Shown here: piece by piece, positions 16,913-20,000 of the stretch | How positions within the stretch are numbered: position 1 is the stretch's first letter | Layout of the letters: each line of letters begins with the position of its first letter | Source: an uncultured virus (IMG/VR IMGVR_UViG_3300020213_000017) | Lineage: Duplodnaviria > Heunggongvirae > Uroviricota > Caudoviricetes | Length of the DNA stretch: 20,000 bases | Virus record (IMG/VR): IMGVR_UViG_3300020213_000017 | Reading direction: 5' to 3' (one strand) | The notes under the pieces: model-generated | Told to the model about the DNA's origin: nothing | Databases searched by the model: none | What the model saw: the letters and a program-made list of their open reading frames with translations, nothing else | Translations under genes and position numbers: made by a program

Positions 16913-17156
16913 AAAACCAGGAACACTGCTAGATGACAAGATTTTGAAGCAGGAAGATCTTGAGGGCGGCCTTTTGCTTAAGGTAACGATAAACAAAGCA
17001 TCTGAAAGAATTTTTGTTGAATTCTCTTCTTCGGATGGTAAGCTTGTAGTACAGCGAAGCTATCCAGATAGTTTTGCCGGACAGATACAGGCAGACATCT
17101 TCAAGGTCAAGTTCAAATCCCTAACAGACTTAAAAACGTATCTAAAATTTAAATAG
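16884..17156 (+). CDS. hypothetical protein (90 aa)
   Basis: aaggt SD; overlaps the subtilase 3' end. Confidence 0.7.
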   Translation: MNVLDNQKIRKPGTLLDDKILKQEDLEGGLLLKVTINKASERIFVEFSSSDGKLVVQRSYPDSFAGQIQADIFKVKFKSLTDLKTYLKFK

Positions 17157-17168
17157 AAAAGAGCGAAT

Positions 17169-17774
17169 ATGGAAAAGCAAATTTTAGACAATATCCTTAA
17201 ACTACATGCTATGTTTTTGAACAATGAAAAAGGCGGGGAAAGGGCAAACCTGTCTGGGGCAAACCTGTTTGTGGCTGACCTGTCTGAGGCAAACCTTTCT
17301 GGGGCTTTCCTGGCTGGGGCAAACCTGATTATGGCTGACCTGGCTTGGGCCTACCTTGCTGGGGCAAACCTGTCTGGGGCAAACCTGTCTGAGGCTGACC
17401 TTTTCGTGGCAATCCTGTCTGGGGCTGACCTGTCTGGGGCAAACCTGACTGGGGCAAACCTGTTCGGGGCTATCCTGGCCAAGGCTGACCTGTCTGGGGC
17501 AAACCTGTCTCAGGCTGGCCTGATTAGGGCAAACCTTCGCGGGGCAAACCTGATTAGGGCAAACCTGACTGGGGCAAACCTGTCTGGGGCAAACCTGTCT
17601 GAGGCTGACCTGACTGGGGCAAACCTGACTAGGGCTTTCCTGGCTGATACTGACCTGTCTGAGGCAAACCTGACTGGGGCAAACCTGTCTGGGGCTGACC
17701 TGTCTGGGGCTGACCTGACTGGTACTGTTTTGACTGATACTATTTTAGCCGATAAGAAAACAAATAAGGAGTAA
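17169..17774 (+). CDS. pentapeptide repeat protein, copy 1 (34 repeats)
   Basis: 25-aa cap MEKQILDNILKLHAMFL...GER, then A(N/D)LxG repeats, then KKTNKE. Confidence 0.93.
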   Translation: MEKQILDNILKLHAMFLNNEKGGERANLSGANLFVADLSEANLSGAFLAGANLIMADLAWAYLAGANLSGANLSEADLFVAILSGADLSGANLTGANLFGAILAKADLSGANLSQAGLIRANLRGANLIRANLTGANLSGANLSEADLTGANLTRAFLADTDLSEANLTGANLSGADLSGADLTGTVLTDTILADKKTNKE

Positions 17775-17776
17775 AT

Positions 17777-18403
17777 ATGGAAAAGCAAATTTTAGATAAT
17801 ATTCTTAAACTACATGCTATATTTTTAAAAGGTGAAGAAAGTGGCGAAAGGGCAAGCCTGTCTGGGGCTGACCTGTTCGGGGTTGACCTGTCTGGGGCTG
17901 ACCTTCGCGGGGTTGACCTGTCTGAGACAAACCTGTCTAAGGCAAACCTGTCTGGGGCAAACCTTTACGGGGCTGACTTGTCTGGGGTTGACCTGACTGA
18001 GGCAATCCTGACTGGGTCTGACCTGACTAGGGCTGACCTGACTTGGGTTGACCTGTCTGGGGCAAACCTGTCTAAGGCAAACCTGACTGAGGCAAACCTG
18101 TCTGGGGTTGACCTGTCTGGGGTTGACCTTCGCGGGGCAAACCTGTCTAAGGCAAACCTGGCTTGGGCAAACCTGTCTGGGGCAAACCTGACTGGGGCTG
18201 ACCTGACTGGGGCTGACCTGACTAAGGCAAACCTACGCGGGGCAAACCTGTCTGGGGCTTTCCTGGCAGATACTGACCTGTTCGAGGCAAACCTGTCTGG
18301 GGCAAACCTGTCTGGGGCTTTCCTGGCTGGGGCTTTCCTGTTCGGGGCAAACCTGTCTAAGGCAAACCTGACTGATACTATTTTAGCCGATAAGAAAATT
18401 TAA
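17777..18403 (+). CDS. pentapeptide repeat protein, copy 2 (36 repeats)
   Basis: Same cap; aaggag SD; tail KKI. Confidence 0.93.
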   Translation: MEKQILDNILKLHAIFLKGEESGERASLSGADLFGVDLSGADLRGVDLSETNLSKANLSGANLYGADLSGVDLTEAILTGSDLTRADLTWVDLSGANLSKANLTEANLSGVDLSGVDLRGANLSKANLAWANLSGANLTGADLTGADLTKANLRGANLSGAFLADTDLFEANLSGANLSGAFLAGAFLFGANLSKANLTDTILADKKI

Positions 18404-18412
18404 GAGGTGAAT

Positions 18413-18763
18413 ATGGAAAAGCAAATTTTAGATAACATCCTTAAACTACATGCTATGTTTTTAAAAGATGGAGAAAGTGGCGAAAGGGCAAACCTGTCTG
18501 GGGCTTTCCTGTCTAAGGCAAACCTGTCTAAGGCTGACCTGTCTGTGGTTGACCTGTCTGGGGCAAACCTTTCTAGGGCTTTCCTGACTAAAGCAAACCT
18601 GTCTAAGGCAAACCTGACCGGGGCTGACCTGACTGGGGCTGACCTGACTGGGGCAATCCTGTCTGGGGCTGACCTGTCTAAGGCAAACCTTGCTGGGGCA
18701 AACCTTTCTGGTACTGTTTTGACTGGTACTATTTTGGCCGATAAGAAAACAAATAAGGAGTAA
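18413..18763 (+). CDS. pentapeptide repeat protein, copy 3 (17 repeats)
   Basis: Start revised to ATG 18413 by alignment with paralogs (gaggtg is the SD); tail KKTNKE. Confidence 0.92.
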   Translation: MEKQILDNILKLHAMFLKDGESGERANLSGAFLSKANLSKADLSVVDLSGANLSRAFLTKANLSKANLTGADLTGADLTGAILSGADLSKANLAGANLSGTVLTGTILADKKTNKE

Positions 18764-18765
18764 AT

Positions 18766-19539
18766 ATGTCATTGCAACAACTAGTAGAAAAAATTAAGAC
18801 AAACAAGGCACTTGCCGAAGAAGACGTGGAAACTGGTGAAGTAACCACTCTAAACGCTCGTCGCGGTCGTCAACGCCAGGCTGTTGAACAGCTAAAGCTT
18901 CTCCGTACAGAATATGCTCAAGAGCTCATGCGCTCTGTAGTGTTCATCCTCGCTGTTGGTTCGGAAAGCGATCAGCTCGCCGATGCTCTAGAAAAAGACT
19001 ACGGTGTATTAAAAGCTGACCCAGAAACTTTCTATACCGATTTGGCTGCTCGTGTAAATCCACAGCTTTACAAAGGCCGTGAGTCTACCTCCAGTATGCT
19101 TGGGACTCTTTCCAGCCATTTAGAAGATATTGCTCTAAAGCTTGGTATTATCGGCTATCCTCAGCTAATTTTCAAGGCAAGCTATCGCCGTATGCTTAAT
19201 AATGAATCTGACTTTCGTGAATTGGTAAAAGAAGCTATCAATGATCAGATGGGTTCGGAAATTGTTGGTATCAATGCAGTACAAGCTGTTACTGATACTG
19301 CAATCGCAAAAGGCCATGCTGAGAAAGTAACTCCAATTGTACTTAGTATGCAAGATCCTAATTTGGCAATTTCTTTGCTAGACACACTTAAACGCTTGAC
19401 ACCAAACGTAGCAATGGTTACTGTTGGTAAGGCACCTAAAGGTTTCAAAGAGCGCAGTATCAATACTTTGAAAAACACTAATGCTGAGAACGTGGAGTAC
19501 ACGCTCAATTTAATTAAAAACAAGATTATCACGAGGTAA
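18766..19539 (+). CDS. hypothetical protein, possibly a degenerate NMP-kinase-like (P-loop) fold
   Basis: aaggag SD. After an N-terminal helical region, VVFILAVGSESDQLADALEKDYGVLKAD resembles the kinase strand1-helix1 but lacks GK[ST]. Confidence 0.7.
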   Translation: MSLQQLVEKIKTNKALAEEDVETGEVTTLNARRGRQRQAVEQLKLLRTEYAQELMRSVVFILAVGSESDQLADALEKDYGVLKADPETFYTDLAARVNPQLYKGRESTSSMLGTLSSHLEDIALKLGIIGYPQLIFKASYRRMLNNESDFRELVKEAINDQMGSEIVGINAVQAVTDTAIAKGHAEKVTPIVLSMQDPNLAISLLDTLKRLTPNVAMVTVGKAPKGFKERSINTLKNTNAENVEYTLNLIKNKIITR

Positions 19540-19541
19540 AT

Positions 19542-19919
19542 ATGAAAAAACAAATTTTAGATAACATCCTTAAGCTACATGCTATGTTTTTAAAAGGTGA
19601 AAAAGGTGGGGAAAGGGCAAACCTGTCTGGGGTTGACCTACGCGGGGCTGACCTGACTGGGGTTGACCTGACTTTAGCAAACCTGACTGGGGCAAACCTG
19701 TCTGGGGTAAATATGTCTTGGACTGACCTGACTGGGGCTGACCTGTCTCAGGCAAACCTGACCGGGGCAAACCTGTTCAAGGCTGACCTGTCTGGGGCTT
19801 TCCTGTTCAAGGCTGACCTGTCTGGGGCTGACCTGACTGGGGTTGACCTTTACGGGGCTATCCTGGCCAAGGCTGACCTGACTGGGGCAAACCTGACTGA
19901 TACTATTTTTGGCCGATAA
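19542..19919 (+). CDS. pentapeptide repeat protein, copy 4 (20 repeats, frameshifted tail)
   Basis: Same cap; gaggt SD. An extra T near 19906-19910 changes TILADKKI to TIFGR. Confidence 0.92.
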   Translation: MKKQILDNILKLHAMFLKGEKGGERANLSGVDLRGADLTGVDLTLANLTGANLSGVNMSWTDLTGADLSQANLTGANLFKADLSGAFLFKADLSGADLTGVDLYGAILAKADLTGANLTDTIFGR

Positions 19920-19938
19920 AAAAATTTAAGAGATGAAT

Positions 19939-20000
19939 ATGGAAAAGCAAATTTTAGATAACATCCTTAAGCTACATGCTATGTTTTTAAAAGGTGAAGA
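19939..20000 (+). CDS. pentapeptide repeat protein, copy 5 (5' end only, cut by window edge)
   Basis: Translates MEKQILDNILKLHAMFLKGE..., matching the paralog cap. Repeats are inferred to lie beyond the window. Confidence 0.85.
   Translation, partial: MEKQILDNILKLHAMFLKGE

Larger units (their letters stand above)
17244..19916 (+). repeat. four tracts of coding 15-nt tandem repeats (17244-17753, 17852-18391, 18488-18742, 19617-19916)
   Basis: Units such as GCAAACCTGTCTGGG, GCTGACCTGACTGGG and GTTGACCTGTCTGGG recur dozens of times; visibly more GC-rich than the flanks. Confidence 0.95.

Noticed and set aside
17510..19770. Minus-strand ORFs with RFAP/QVSP/QPQSG repeats
   Set aside because: These are antisense shadows of the stop-free pentapeptide tracts.
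17244..19916. CRISPR array or DGR template/variable repeats
   Set aside because: The repeats are contiguous in-frame 15-mers with no unique spacers. Differences are not confined to adenines of one template, and no reverse transcriptase or cas gene is in the window.
1..20000. Bacterial chromosome origin; tRNA or rRNA genes
   Set aside because: Divergent replication genes mixed with many tiny unknown ORFs on one strand fit a phage better, though no virion genes are present to prove it. Intergenic gaps are too short for RNA genes and no cloverleaf was seen.

Overview
This window looks like a fragment of a large dsDNA (probably jumbo-type) phage genome. Genes are densely packed, all on the + strand, often coupled by ATGA/TAATG overlaps, and read in the standard genetic code. 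The left and middle are a DNA replication/recombination module: a Rad50/SbcC (gp46-like) ATPase, a RuvC-like resolvase, an HTH-metallophosphoesterase, RNase HI, a DnaQ-like DEDDh exonuclease, and a DnaE-type polymerase with a 397-aa LAGLIDADG intein plus a second, degenerate Hint-like insert. Two signal-peptide proteases flank the module: a ClpP-like protein and a minimal subtilase with no prodomain. The most striking structure is at 17169-20000: at least five pentapeptide-repeat (PRP) genes with near-identical N-terminal caps, two alternative tails, and 17-36 shuffled 15-nt units. All four head/tail combinations occur, which points to a recombination-driven, accordion-like gene array. All assignments come from motif reading by eye; no database searches were run.
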